A DNA stretch of 64,000 bases. It comes from an uncultured Bacilli bacterium. Lineage in GTDB: Bacteria > Bacillota_I > Bacilli_A > RF39 > UBA660. Below are positions 41,925 to 50,390 of this stretch, one piece after another; positions within the stretch are counted from its first letter, which is position 1; every line of letters starts with the position of its first letter. The notes beneath the pieces are model-generated. The model was not told the origin of the DNA. It did not search any database and saw nothing but the letters and a program-made list of their open reading frames with translations. Both the position numbers and the translations under genes were made by a program. The stretch covers positions 5,217 through 69,216 of the forward strand of contig CAKOKS010000003.1 in the NCBI GenBank assembly GCA_934095845.1, in the 5' to 3' direction.

Positions 41925-41945
41925 ATAAAATATAGGAGGTTATTT

Positions 41946-42059
41946 ATGAAAGTAAGAGCATCAGTTAAAAAAATCTGTGCAAAATGCAGAATAATTAAAA
42001 GAAAAGGTAAAGTTATGGTTATTTGTGAAAATCCAAAACACAAACAAACACAAGGCTAG
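41946..42059 (+). CDS. rpmJ: 50S ribosomal protein L36 (not in the ORF track; found by hand)
   Basis: ATG 41946 to TAG 42057-42059 translates as [43 protein letters not shown] lies upstream. Confidence 0.93.
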   Translation: MKVRASVKKICAKCRIIKRKGKVMVICENPKHKQTQG

Positions 42060-42071
42060 GAGGAAATATAA

Positions 42072-42446
42072 ATGGCACGTATTAAAAATATAGAATTACC
42101 AAAAGATAAAGCATTATATATTGGATTAACTGCAATATATGGTGTTGGACAAAGCACTGCTAAGAAAATTTGTTCTGAAGCAAAAATTGATCCAGAAATG
42201 AAAGTTAGAGATTTAACTACTGAACAAGAAGCTTTATTAAGAACTGAAGTTGATAAATTTGTAGTTGAAGGTGAACTTCGTAGAGAAGTACAAATGAACA
42301 TAAAAAATAAAATGGAAATCAAATCTTACCAAGGTGTAAGACATATTAAAGGATTACCAGTTCATGGACAAAGCACTAGAAGTAATGCAAAAACTCGTAA
42401 AGGAAAAGGTAAAGTTGTTGCTAACAAGAAAAAAGTTGGTAAATAA
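42072..42446 (+). CDS. rpsM: 30S ribosomal protein S13
   Basis: MARI.NIELPKDK...YGVG... Confidence 0.96.
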   Translation: MARIKNIELPKDKALYIGLTAIYGVGQSTAKKICSEAKIDPEMKVRDLTTEQEALLRTEVDKFVVEGELRREVQMNIKNKMEIKSYQGVRHIKGLPVHGQSTRSNAKTRKGKGKVVANKKKVGK

Positions 42447-42464
42447 TAATTAGGAGGTATAATA

Positions 42465-42848
42465 ATGGCTTATAATAGAAGAAAAAGAAAAATTAAAAAG
42501 AATATTCCTGAAGCTCAAGCTCATATATCTTCATCTTATAATAATACATTAGTTACTATTACAGATAAAGATGGTAATACAATTAGTTGGGCATCATCTG
42601 GAACAATTGGTTACAAAGGAAGTAAAAAGAAAACTCCTTATGCTGCTGGACTTGCTGCTGAAAGTGCTGGAAAAGCTGCTATGGATGCTGGAGTTGTTAA
42701 AGTTGAAGTATTTGTTAAAGGTTTAGGTGGAGGTAGAGAAACTGCTATTCGTTCACTTCAAGCTGTTGGACTAGAAATTACTGCTATTAACGATGAAACA
42801 CCAGTACCACATAATGGTTGTAGACCACCAAAACGTCCAAGAAACTAA
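42465..42848 (+). CDS. rpsK: 30S ribosomal protein S11
   Basis: [18 protein letters not shown]...WASSG.... Confidence 0.96.
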   Translation: MAYNRRKRKIKKNIPEAQAHISSSYNNTLVTITDKDGNTISWASSGTIGYKGSKKKTPYAAGLAAESAGKAAMDAGVVKVEVFVKGLGGGRETAIRSLQAVGLEITAINDETPVPHNGCRPPKRPRN

Positions 42849-42872
42849 TACAAAGGAAAAGAGGATTTAAAT

Positions 42873-43811
42873 ATGAATTTTGAAAAACCAGATTATAAAA
42901 TTACTGAATATGTTGAAAATAAAAATTATGGAAAATTTGAACTAGAACCACTAGAAAGAGGTTTTGGTACAACTATTGGTAATGCATTAAGAAGAGTTAT
43001 GTTATCTAGTATGCCTGGTTCGGCTGTTACTAGTGTTAAAATTGATGGAGTATTACATGAATTCCAAAAAATCGATGGTGTTAGAGAAGATGTTATGAAC
43101 ATCATTCTTAATATCAAAACTTTGGTTGTAAAAAATCATTCAACTGATAAGAAAGTAATTAGACTTTCTGCAAATAAAGAAGGAGCAGTAACAGCTGGAG
43201 AAATCGAATATGATGCTGATATCGAAATAGTAAATCCTGATTTAGTTATTTGTAATTTAGTTAAAGGTGGAAAAATTGATATTGAAATGACTGTTAACAA
43301 TGGTCGTGGATATGTTGATGCTAAAGAAAATAAAAAGATTATTGGAGATGTTGTTGGAGTTATTCCAATAGATTCAATTTATTCTCCAGTAGAAAATGTT
43401 GCATTTGAAGTTGAAAGTGCACGTGTTGGACATAATGAAAATTATGACAAGTTAATAATGTCTGTATATACTAATGGATCTATTACTCCAGAAGAATGTA
43501 TGGCATTAGCAAGTAGAATTTTAATTGAACATTTAAATATTATTACTGATTTAAATCATATTGCTGATATAACTGGAATAATTGCTGAAAAGAAAGTAGA
43601 TACAATTACTAAAACACTTGAAACTCCAATTGAAGAAATTGAATTCAGTGTAAGAGCATATAACTGCTTAAAGAGAGCAAATATTCATACAATGCAAGAT
43701 TTAATTGATAAAAAAGAAGTTGAAGTTACTAAGATTAGAAATTTAGGTAAAAAATCACTTAAAGAAGTAATCGATAAAGTAAATGAAATGGGATTAAAAT
43801 TTAAAGACTAA
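42873..43811 (+). CDS. rpoA: DNA-directed RNA polymerase subunit alpha
   Basis: GFGTTIGNALRRVMLSS... and a C-terminal domain with SVRAYNCLKRANI. Confidence 0.96.
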   Translation: MNFEKPDYKITEYVENKNYGKFELEPLERGFGTTIGNALRRVMLSSMPGSAVTSVKIDGVLHEFQKIDGVREDVMNIILNIKTLVVKNHSTDKKVIRLSANKEGAVTAGEIEYDADIEIVNPDLVICNLVKGGKIDIEMTVNNGRGYVDAKENKKIIGDVVGVIPIDSIYSPVENVAFEVESARVGHNENYDKLIMSVYTNGSITPEECMALASRILIEHLNIITDLNHIADITGIIAEKKVDTITKTLETPIEEIEFSVRAYNCLKRANIHTMQDLIDKKEVEVTKIRNLGKKSLKEVIDKVNEMGLKFKD

Positions 43812-43832
43812 ACCAAGAAGGAGGAAGCAGAA

Positions 43833-44174
43833 ATGTATAGAAAATTAGGTAGAGAATCTAGAATCAGAAGAAGTATTCTTGCTGGTCTTACTAAAGATGT
43901 AATCAATAATGGTTATGTTGTAACAACTGAAGCTAGAGCTAAAGAAGTTAGAAAATTTGTTGATAAAATGATTACTTATGGAAAAACTGGTACATTAGTT
44001 TCAAGAAGAAAAGCATTAGCTTTCTTACATAATGATGCTAAAGTAGTAAGTAAAGTATTTGATGAATTAGCACCAAAATATGCAAATAGAAATGGTGGAT
44101 ATACAAGAATCATTAAATTAAAAGAAAGAATTGGCGACGATGCCTTAACTGTTAGACTTGAATTAGTTGACTAA
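43833..44174 (+). CDS. rplQ: 50S ribosomal protein L17
   Basis: [16 protein letters not shown]...GGYTRI. Confidence 0.96.
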   Translation: MYRKLGRESRIRRSILAGLTKDVINNGYVVTTEARAKEVRKFVDKMITYGKTGTLVSRRKALAFLHNDAKVVSKVFDELAPKYANRNGGYTRIIKLKERIGDDALTVRLELVD

Positions 44175-44189
44175 TCAAGTCTTTTTTTA
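44154..44189 (+). terminator. terminator of the alpha operon
   Basis: AGACTTGA (44154-44161) pairs with TCAAGTCT (44175-44182), followed by TTTTTTT. Confidence 0.65.
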
Positions 44190-44431
44190 TGCAATAATTT
44201 ACTTTACACAACCTAAAATAAAGTTTATATATTACAACAAAAATGTAGTATAATTAAAAATAGGATAGGTGTGTGAAATTAGGTGAAAATAAAAAAATGT
44301 AATGTAAAATAATTTAAAAGATGTGTATTTTAATAAGCAAAAATTAAAAAAATTGTGTAAGCTCCCCAAAACTCCTTGATAATCGGGGGAGGAGTATTAT
44401 AAAATAAAATAGTAGAAAGTAGGGAAATAAT

Positions 44432-45643
44432 ATGAAGAAGAAAAGTATGCTTTTAGTAGCAATATTACTAATGTCAATTGGATTTGCAGCAATCTCAACA
44501 ACATTAATAATAAACGGAACTGCTAAGGTAAGCGAAAACAATGAAGATTTTAGTGTAATCTTCACAGCTGCAAGTATAGATGGGAATGATGTATACTCAA
44601 CAGCAGTAGATGAAACAAAGAAAACAATTACATTTACAACAAGTGAATTGAAGACTTTAAATCAAACTTCAGTACTAAATTATGAAGTAACAAACAACTC
44701 AAGTAACTATGATGCAAATGTAACAGTTACATGTGTACCAAAGGAAGGAACAACAGCAAAATATACAAGTATTAAAAATAAACTTGAAAATGATGCGACA
44801 GTTGTAAAAGCAAAAAGTTCAGTAAATGGAACATTAACAGTAACATTAAACAAGACAGCTACAGAAGAAGTAAGAGAAGAGTATGTATGTACACTTACAC
44901 TTAATGCAGTAGAAAGAGATACATTGGGAGCCGAAAGTATACCAGATCCCGTATCATTTTCTGAAGATTCATGGAAAACAATACAAAAGGCAGTTCAAAC
45001 TGGAAATACAAGCAAATATAATGTAGGGGATACAAAAGAAGTAGACTTAGGTGATTTAGGAACACATACAGTAAGAGTAGCAAATAAAAGTGAATGTACA
45101 AATGGAGAAACAAGTGAAACGGCCTGTGGATTTGTAGTTGAGTTTGCAGATGTAATAACAAAAAACTCATTTAATAGTAGAGGTACAAGTGTAAGCGGAT
45201 GGAGATTTTCAAAACTACAGACATACATAAATGATACAATATATAAATCACTTCCAAGTGACTTACAAAATGTAATAACAACAACGAAAGTAATTTCCGG
45301 TCATGGAACTACACGCGGAGAAACAAATTTTGAAACGCAAGATAAACTATACTTGCTAAGTGCACATGAAGTATATGAAGATGGAACAAGTAATCCAGTA
45401 AGCTCAAGAGATACATCTTATAATAATACAAAACAATTAGATTATTATAAAAATCAAGGAGTAACAACAAGTAGTTATGCAGGAGCAATAAAACAATATA
45501 ACGGAGTTGGAACTGATTGGTGGCTTCGTTCGGCTAATTCTCTCGATGCCTACGGCTTCCTTATTGTCGACAACTACGGCAATTGGGACAGCGCCAATGC
45601 GAACCGCTCTGACGGAGTCTCTCCAGCTTTCCGAATCGCATAA
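44432..45643 (+). CDS. secreted/anchored protein with a C-terminal WWLRS...GVSPAFRI domain (DUF6273-like)
   Basis: 403 aa. N-terminal signal or anchor MKKKSMLLVAILLMSIGFAAIS, a beta-rich middle section, and the C-terminal domain. The family name is recalled from memory, not searched. Confidence 0.7.
   Translation: MKKKSMLLVAILLMSIGFAAISTTLIINGTAKVSENNEDFSVIFTAASIDGNDVYSTAVDETKKTITFTTSELKTLNQTSVLNYEVTNNSSNYDANVTVTCVPKEGTTAKYTSIKNKLENDATVVKAKSSVNGTLTVTLNKTATEEVREEYVCTLTLNAVERDTLGAESIPDPVSFSEDSWKTIQKAVQTGNTSKYNVGDTKEVDLGDLGTHTVRVANKSECTNGETSETACGFVVEFADVITKNSFNSRGTSVSGWRFSKLQTYINDTIYKSLPSDLQNVITTTKVISGHGTTRGETNFETQDKLYLLSAHEVYEDGTSNPVSSRDTSYNNTKQLDYYKNQGVTTSSYAGAIKQYNGVGTDWWLRSANSLDAYGFLIVDNYGNWDSANANRSDGVSPAFRIA
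45524..45640 (+). other. GC-rich, A-poor, NNY-codon tract: candidate DGR variable-region-like segment
   Basis: Hand count gives 65/120 G+C in 45521-45640, against about 30% immediately upstream. In 45536-45613, 24 of 26 consecutive codons are NNY. Confidence 0.45.
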
Positions 45644-45781
45644 ACAGTGCAGATATAAAAAACTGTAAAATTTGGTGTAAGTAAGTGGGGATTCACAAAC
45701 CAATCCGATAAGTTATTTATCTTTAAATCACTAATACTTTACAAAAAATAAGCTATTTCTTATAATTAAATTGGTGGTTAT

Positions 45782-46027
45782 ATGAAGAAAGATAATTTTG
45801 GTACATTAATTATATTAATTAATATAGTGCTTAGTTTATTCTTATTAACTATGAAAGAAGAGAAACTTACTTATTTTATAGTTTGTATAATATCTAATAT
45901 AATTGCTATTATATTTAGTATATTTGTATTAAAAAATCAAAATAAAAAACTAATGAATATTGTTTCATTAGTTATTAATATAATTGTTCTTATATGTGTA
46001 ATTATATATGGAATATATTTTATTTAA
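45782..46027 (+). CDS. small hydrophobic membrane protein
   Basis: 81 aa with 2-3 predicted TM helices. GGTGG lies upstream. Confidence 0.45.
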   Translation: MKKDNFGTLIILINIVLSLFLLTMKEEKLTYFIVCIISNIIAIIFSIFVLKNQNKKLMNIVSLVINIIVLICVIIYGIYFI

Positions 46028-46238
46028 AGAAAGTTAATGAATTATTATTCTTAACTTCTTTTTTTTGAATAGGTAATTCTTTTATAACTGGTTCTTTATT
46101 AGTTGTTTTAAATTCATTTATTTTATTTTTAATATTTTTTATAGTTGGATTTAAATCTTTAATTAAAGGTATAGCTCTTTTAGTTATATTTAAGAATCTT
46201 AAACTGTTTGAAAGAATAGAAGAAAGATTAAAATTCAT
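46020..46238 (-). CDS. small hypothetical protein (possibly YqfQ/VrrA-like)
   Basis: 72 aa. AGGTGA lies 7 nt upstream on the minus strand. The SILSNSLRFLNITKRAIPLIKDLNPTIKN pattern recalls YqfQ-type proteins; this assignment is weak. Confidence 0.35.
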   Translation of the reverse strand: MNFNLSSILSNSLRFLNITKRAIPLIKDLNPTIKNIKNKINEFKTTNKEPVIKELPIQKKEVKNNNSLTFFK

Positions 46239-46337
46239 AATATTTCACCTAATAAATTATATGAAATAAAATAAAAATGTTTACTAATTTTTCTAATATG
46301 GTATAATTTAAATTAGAGAATACTAGGGAGTGATTAT

Positions 46338-47885
46338 ATGGATTTAAGTAATCAAAAACATAAACAAGATAACTTTTTCTTGTTTTTTCCAATGTATGTA
46401 TGTTTAGGTGTATATTATATACTAAGATTTTTAGCAACTCCATTTATACTTTTTTGGTCTAAAGGATCTGATACTTTATATAATACAATTAATAAAGATG
46501 TAGATACTAGTGATCTAAGAGGAGCTAATTTAGGTGATGAAAGTTCTGTACCAATTGATTCAAATTTAGTTGTAAAACATGTTAAAATTAATCCTAAATT
46601 ACTTGCTGAAAGAGAAAAACTTATTAATTCAATTGAAGCAATAGAAGAGACTAGAAGCGAAAAACCAATAACATATAGATATACAGCCTTAGATCCAGAT
46701 GGAAAACAAGTTACAAGTACTTTTTTAGCTTATTCTAAAGTAGAAGTTTATACATTCTTAGAAAATGAAGGTTATAAAGTATTTAAAATAGAAACTGGAC
46801 CATGGATTGAAAGATTTTATGGACCTAGTACTTTTTCTTCTAAAAAGATTAAAATCAAGGATATAGTATTTTGGTTACAACAACTTTCTACTTACTTAAA
46901 AGCAGGTATTCCATTAACAGATGCGATGCGTATTTTAAGTAAACAAATGGGTAGAAATGAAAACTTAAAAAGAACTTTTGATTCAATTGTTTATAATTTG
47001 ACTCTAGGAGAAAGTTTTTCATCTTGTCTTGAAAAACAAGGAGAAGCATTTCCACCTCTTTTAATTAATATGGTTAAGTCAGCTGAAGCAACAGGGGATT
47101 TGGAAGGTACACTTGATGAAATGGCTGATTACTATAAACAAACTGAAACAACAAGAAAAGAAATGGTAAGTGCTCTCACATATCCAACAATGGTATTTAT
47201 ATTCTCAATTGCAGTAATCGTATTTATCTTAGTATATTTGATTCCTCAATTTGTTAATATTTATAAAACAGCTGGAGTTAAATTAAATCCAATTACATCA
47301 TTTTTAATTGCAGCAAGTACATTCTTAAAAGCTAATTTATTCTATATACTTATTACTATTGTTATATTTGTAACAATAATATATGTATTGTATAAACATA
47401 TAAAAGCTTTTAGATACTTCTTGCAAACAGTATTTATGAAAACACCTGTTTTAGGTAAAATAATAATTTATAAAGAAATGACAATATTTACTAAAACATT
47501 TGCTAGTTTACTTAAAAACAATGTATTTATTACTGATTCAATAAGTATACTTGGTAAAATAACAAATAATGAGATTTATAAAGAAATAATGATTAATACA
47601 ATTAATTATATAGGTCGTGGAGAAAAAATATCATCAGCATTTAAAAATCACTGGGCTATACCAGAAGTTGCTTATTATATGATGGTAACAGGTGAGTCAA
47701 CTGGTGAACTTGCAGAGATGATGGAAAAAGTATCTGAATACTATGCAGAACAACATAAAGTTCTAATAGATTCAATGAAGAGTTTAATTGAACCTATATT
47801 AATAATATTCCTAGCTGTTATAGTAGGAGGAATAATTATTTCAGTTATAATTCCAATATTTAGTTTATATTCTGAAATTCTTTAG
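46338..47885 (+). CDS. type II secretion / type IV pilus platform protein (GspF/PilC/ComGB family) with an N-terminal extension
   Basis: Two T2SSF repeats. The canonical N-terminus (YRYTALDPDGKQV...) begins only near aa 105. It is preceded by a TM-containing extension. GGGAGTG lies upstream of the ATG. Confidence 0.85.
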   Translation: MDLSNQKHKQDNFFLFFPMYVCLGVYYILRFLATPFILFWSKGSDTLYNTINKDVDTSDLRGANLGDESSVPIDSNLVVKHVKINPKLLAEREKLINSIEAIEETRSEKPITYRYTALDPDGKQVTSTFLAYSKVEVYTFLENEGYKVFKIETGPWIERFYGPSTFSSKKIKIKDIVFWLQQLSTYLKAGIPLTDAMRILSKQMGRNENLKRTFDSIVYNLTLGESFSSCLEKQGEAFPPLLINMVKSAEATGDLEGTLDEMADYYKQTETTRKEMVSALTYPTMVFIFSIAVIVFILVYLIPQFVNIYKTAGVKLNPITSFLIAASTFLKANLFYILITIVIFVTIIYVLYKHIKAFRYFLQTVFMKTPVLGKIIIYKEMTIFTKTFASLLKNNVFITDSISILGKITNNEIYKEIMINTINYIGRGEKISSAFKNHWAIPEVAYYMMVTGESTGELAEMMEKVSEYYAEQHKVLIDSMKSLIEPILIIFLAVIVGGIIISVIIPIFSLYSEIL

Positions 47886-47895
47886 GAGTGAACTT

Positions 47896-48657
47896 ATGAT
47901 ACCATATATATTTCTTTTTATAGTCGGCATAATTTTTGGATCATTTTATAATGTGGTAGCTGATAGATTACCAAATAATGAATCAATAATTAAACCTAGA
48001 AGTCATTGTCCAAATTGTAATCATGTACTTAAATGGTATGAACTTATTCCACTTATATCATTTATAATACAAAGAGGAAAATGCCGTAAATGCTACTATA
48101 AAATGAGTATATGGTATTTTTTATCTGAACTTTTAACAGGGTTACTATTTTGTTTAAGTTATTATCTTTTTGGTTTTTCATATATAACTTTAGAATCAAT
48201 AGTTATAATGTCAGTTATAATTATTACAATTATAAGTGATATTAAATATATGATAATACTTGATAGTCCTTTAGTAGTTGGTACCATTTTACTAATTATA
48301 ATTGAATTATATTTTCAAGATATAAAAGTAGTTTTAACTAATTTAATTTCTGGTTTAATAATGTTTCTAATACTTTTAATAGTAAAATTTATTGGAGATA
48401 AAGTATTTAAACAAGAATCTTTAGGGTGGGGAGATGTTAAATTCTCATTCTTTGCTGGATTTGTACTTAATATACCAGTTGCCTTAATATATTTATTCTT
48501 AGCTGCTTTTCTAGCACTTCCAAATGCTTTATATCAGTCACTTAAGAAAGGCAATTCAGTTACACCTTTTGGACCATTTCTAGCTATAAGTTTATTTTTA
48601 TTATATACATATTTTAATCAAGTCAATTATCTTATAGGTATATGGTTAAATATATAA
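47896..48657 (+). CDS. A24-family prepilin peptidase (PilD/ComC)
   Basis: N-terminal CPNC...CRKC, catalytic GWGDVKF, and a second Asp-region motif, PFGPFL. Confidence 0.9.
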   Translation: MIPYIFLFIVGIIFGSFYNVVADRLPNNESIIKPRSHCPNCNHVLKWYELIPLISFIIQRGKCRKCYYKMSIWYFLSELLTGLLFCLSYYLFGFSYITLESIVIMSVIIITIISDIKYMIILDSPLVVGTILLIIIELYFQDIKVVLTNLISGLIMFLILLIVKFIGDKVFKQESLGWGDVKFSFFAGFVLNIPVALIYLFLAAFLALPNALYQSLKKGNSVTPFGPFLAISLFLLYTYFNQVNYLIGIWLNI

Positions 48658-48740
48658 ATACTTTACGTAAAGCAAAACTGTTATTTGACATTTTTTGTCA
48701 AATTTTTTTGTTTGATAGTATAATCATACCTAGGATAGAA

Positions 48741-49376
48741 ATGAGTATTATTATGAAAAATGAAAATTCAAGACTTTATTATTCTTTTATTATAAATGTA
48801 TTAATAATCATTATGGAATTATTCGCGTTTTTAGTTTGCTATAAAGAAAGTGGATTTGCTTGTTTTGAATATTATACTCAAGATAGTAATTTATTTTTAA
48901 TGTTTACATCTCTTCTTTATGTTATATCTTTACTTATATGTGATAAAAAAATACCACATTTTGTATCTTTATTAAAATATGCAGCAACTACTTCAGTTGT
49001 AATTACTTTTTTAACAGTTGTAACTATACTTGCTCCAGTAATGGGAGGATATAAAGCAATGCTTTTAGATGGAACTATGTTAATTCATCATTTAATTTGC
49101 CCGATTTTTAGCTTTATTACTTTTGTGTTTTTTGAAAAACATAATTTAAATGGTTTAAAAGATGCGCTTATTTCTATGATATTTACCTGTCTTTATGGAG
49201 TTGTCGCCGTTACTTTAAATGTATTAAAGATAATGGATGGACCATATCCATTCTTAAAAGTTTATGATCAAACAATTTTAATGTCTATATTTTGGTTAAT
49301 TCTTATGATGGGTAGTTCATATTTAATTACTGTTCTTATTGGTAATTTGAATCATGCTTATAATAATAAAAAATAA
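48741..49376 (+). CDS. polytopic membrane protein, function unknown (possibly Pr6Pr/FAR-17a-like)
   Basis: Six hydrophobic segments and YYTQDSNLF. The start was chosen at the 48741 ATG, downstream of a TATAAT at 48719-48724. The track start at 48642 lies inside pilD. Confidence 0.45.
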   Translation: MSIIMKNENSRLYYSFIINVLIIIMELFAFLVCYKESGFACFEYYTQDSNLFLMFTSLLYVISLLICDKKIPHFVSLLKYAATTSVVITFLTVVTILAPVMGGYKAMLLDGTMLIHHLICPIFSFITFVFFEKHNLNGLKDALISMIFTCLYGVVAVTLNVLKIMDGPYPFLKVYDQTILMSIFWLILMMGSSYLITVLIGNLNHAYNNKK

Positions 49377-49428
49377 TTGAATTAACACTTTCTCTGTGAT
49401 ATTATATCTTCTAATTTGGAGGAATAAT

Positions 49429-50322
49429 ATGATAGATATAGATAAGGTGGTTAAAACAATTACCTCTGGTTATTCACTTGATTTTGAATTCGGAAAATAT
49501 TCTAAAATATATATGCATACAACTGAGAATATAAAAGACTTTATTAGATGCTTTGATTTAAAGGATAAAGATGTATTTACTATTGCAGGAAGTGGAGATC
49601 AAGCTTTAAATGCTTATTCCTATGGTGCTAAAAGTGTTGATATATTTGATATTAATCCTTTAACTAAATGTAGTGTGGATTTAAAAGTATCGGGAGCTAA
49701 GGCACTTACTTATGAAGAATTTATTCATTTCTTTTTTTCAGAATTTTCTGAATACTTTTCTGAACATTTATATGAAAGTATTTATCCTTATTTAGAAAGT
49801 GATACTAAGATTTTGTTTGATACTCTTTTTAATAAAGTTGGTGTTAAAAAAACATTAAAAGGTTTATATTATCAAATAAATCCAACGCTAGAAAAAATGA
49901 AGAAAATGAATTTATATTTAGATGAATATTATTATTATTTATTAAAAAACAATTTAAAAGATAAGAAAGTTGAATTTATAGAAGAATCTATAACTGATAT
50001 TGATAAAAGACTTAATAAAAAATATGATATGATGATGTTTTCAAATATAAGTGATTCTTTAAATTCCATCTATGGAATTAATCATTTACAATGCTTTAAA
50101 GAATTAATTGCTTCTTTAATAGAATATTTAAATCTTTATGGAACAATTGAAGTTGGTTATATATATGGGTGTTATTCAAAAATGAAAGTAACAAGTGATT
50201 TTATAAATAAAAATAAAAGAGAAAAAGTGTTTACTACAGATGAGTATCATACTATGTTAGTAAATTCATATGATGGATATTTTCAAAAAGATCGAGTAGT
50301 TTATTATACAAAAACCAAATAA
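49429..50322 (+). CDS. SAM-dependent methyltransferase-fold protein (DUF3419/BtaA-like)
   Basis: VFTIAGSGDQALN...VDIFDINP...MMMFSNISDSL. The ATG at 49429 follows GGAGGA. The family name is recalled from memory. Confidence 0.5.
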   Translation: MIDIDKVVKTITSGYSLDFEFGKYSKIYMHTTENIKDFIRCFDLKDKDVFTIAGSGDQALNAYSYGAKSVDIFDINPLTKCSVDLKVSGAKALTYEEFIHFFFSEFSEYFSEHLYESIYPYLESDTKILFDTLFNKVGVKKTLKGLYYQINPTLEKMKKMNLYLDEYYYYLLKNNLKDKKVEFIEESITDIDKRLNKKYDMMMFSNISDSLNSIYGINHLQCFKELIASLIEYLNLYGTIEVGYIYGCYSKMKVTSDFINKNKREKVFTTDEYHTMLVNSYDGYFQKDRVVYYTKTK

Positions 50323-50390
50323 AGTATTAATATTTTTAATTAAATTAATAAAAATTATGCTATAATAATTTACGAAGTGGAGGAGTTTTT

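Noticed and set aside
44432-44540. Reading the N-terminus of protein 44432 as a type IV prepilin, a possible substrate of the nearby prepilin peptidase, because of the SIG|FAAIS sequence.
   Set aside because: The leader is long and hydrophobic. There is no Glu at +5 and no G-F-T-L-x-E consensus. It looks like an ordinary signal or anchor sequence, possibly SipW/TasA-like; that idea is also unproven.
44353-45698. Imperfect inverted repeats flanking gene 44432-45643, considered as possible mobile-element ends. These are TTGTGTAAGCTCCCCA at 44353-44368 and the reverse complement of TGGGGATTCACAA at 45686-45698.
   Set aside because: Only about 11-12 of 16 positions match, and gaps are needed. 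No transposase or integrase gene and no target-site duplication are present.
50323-50390. A T-box riboswitch upstream of aspS.
   Set aside because: The intergenic region is only 68 nt and contains just an extended -10 promoter (TGCTATAAT) and an SD. That is far too short for a T-box leader.
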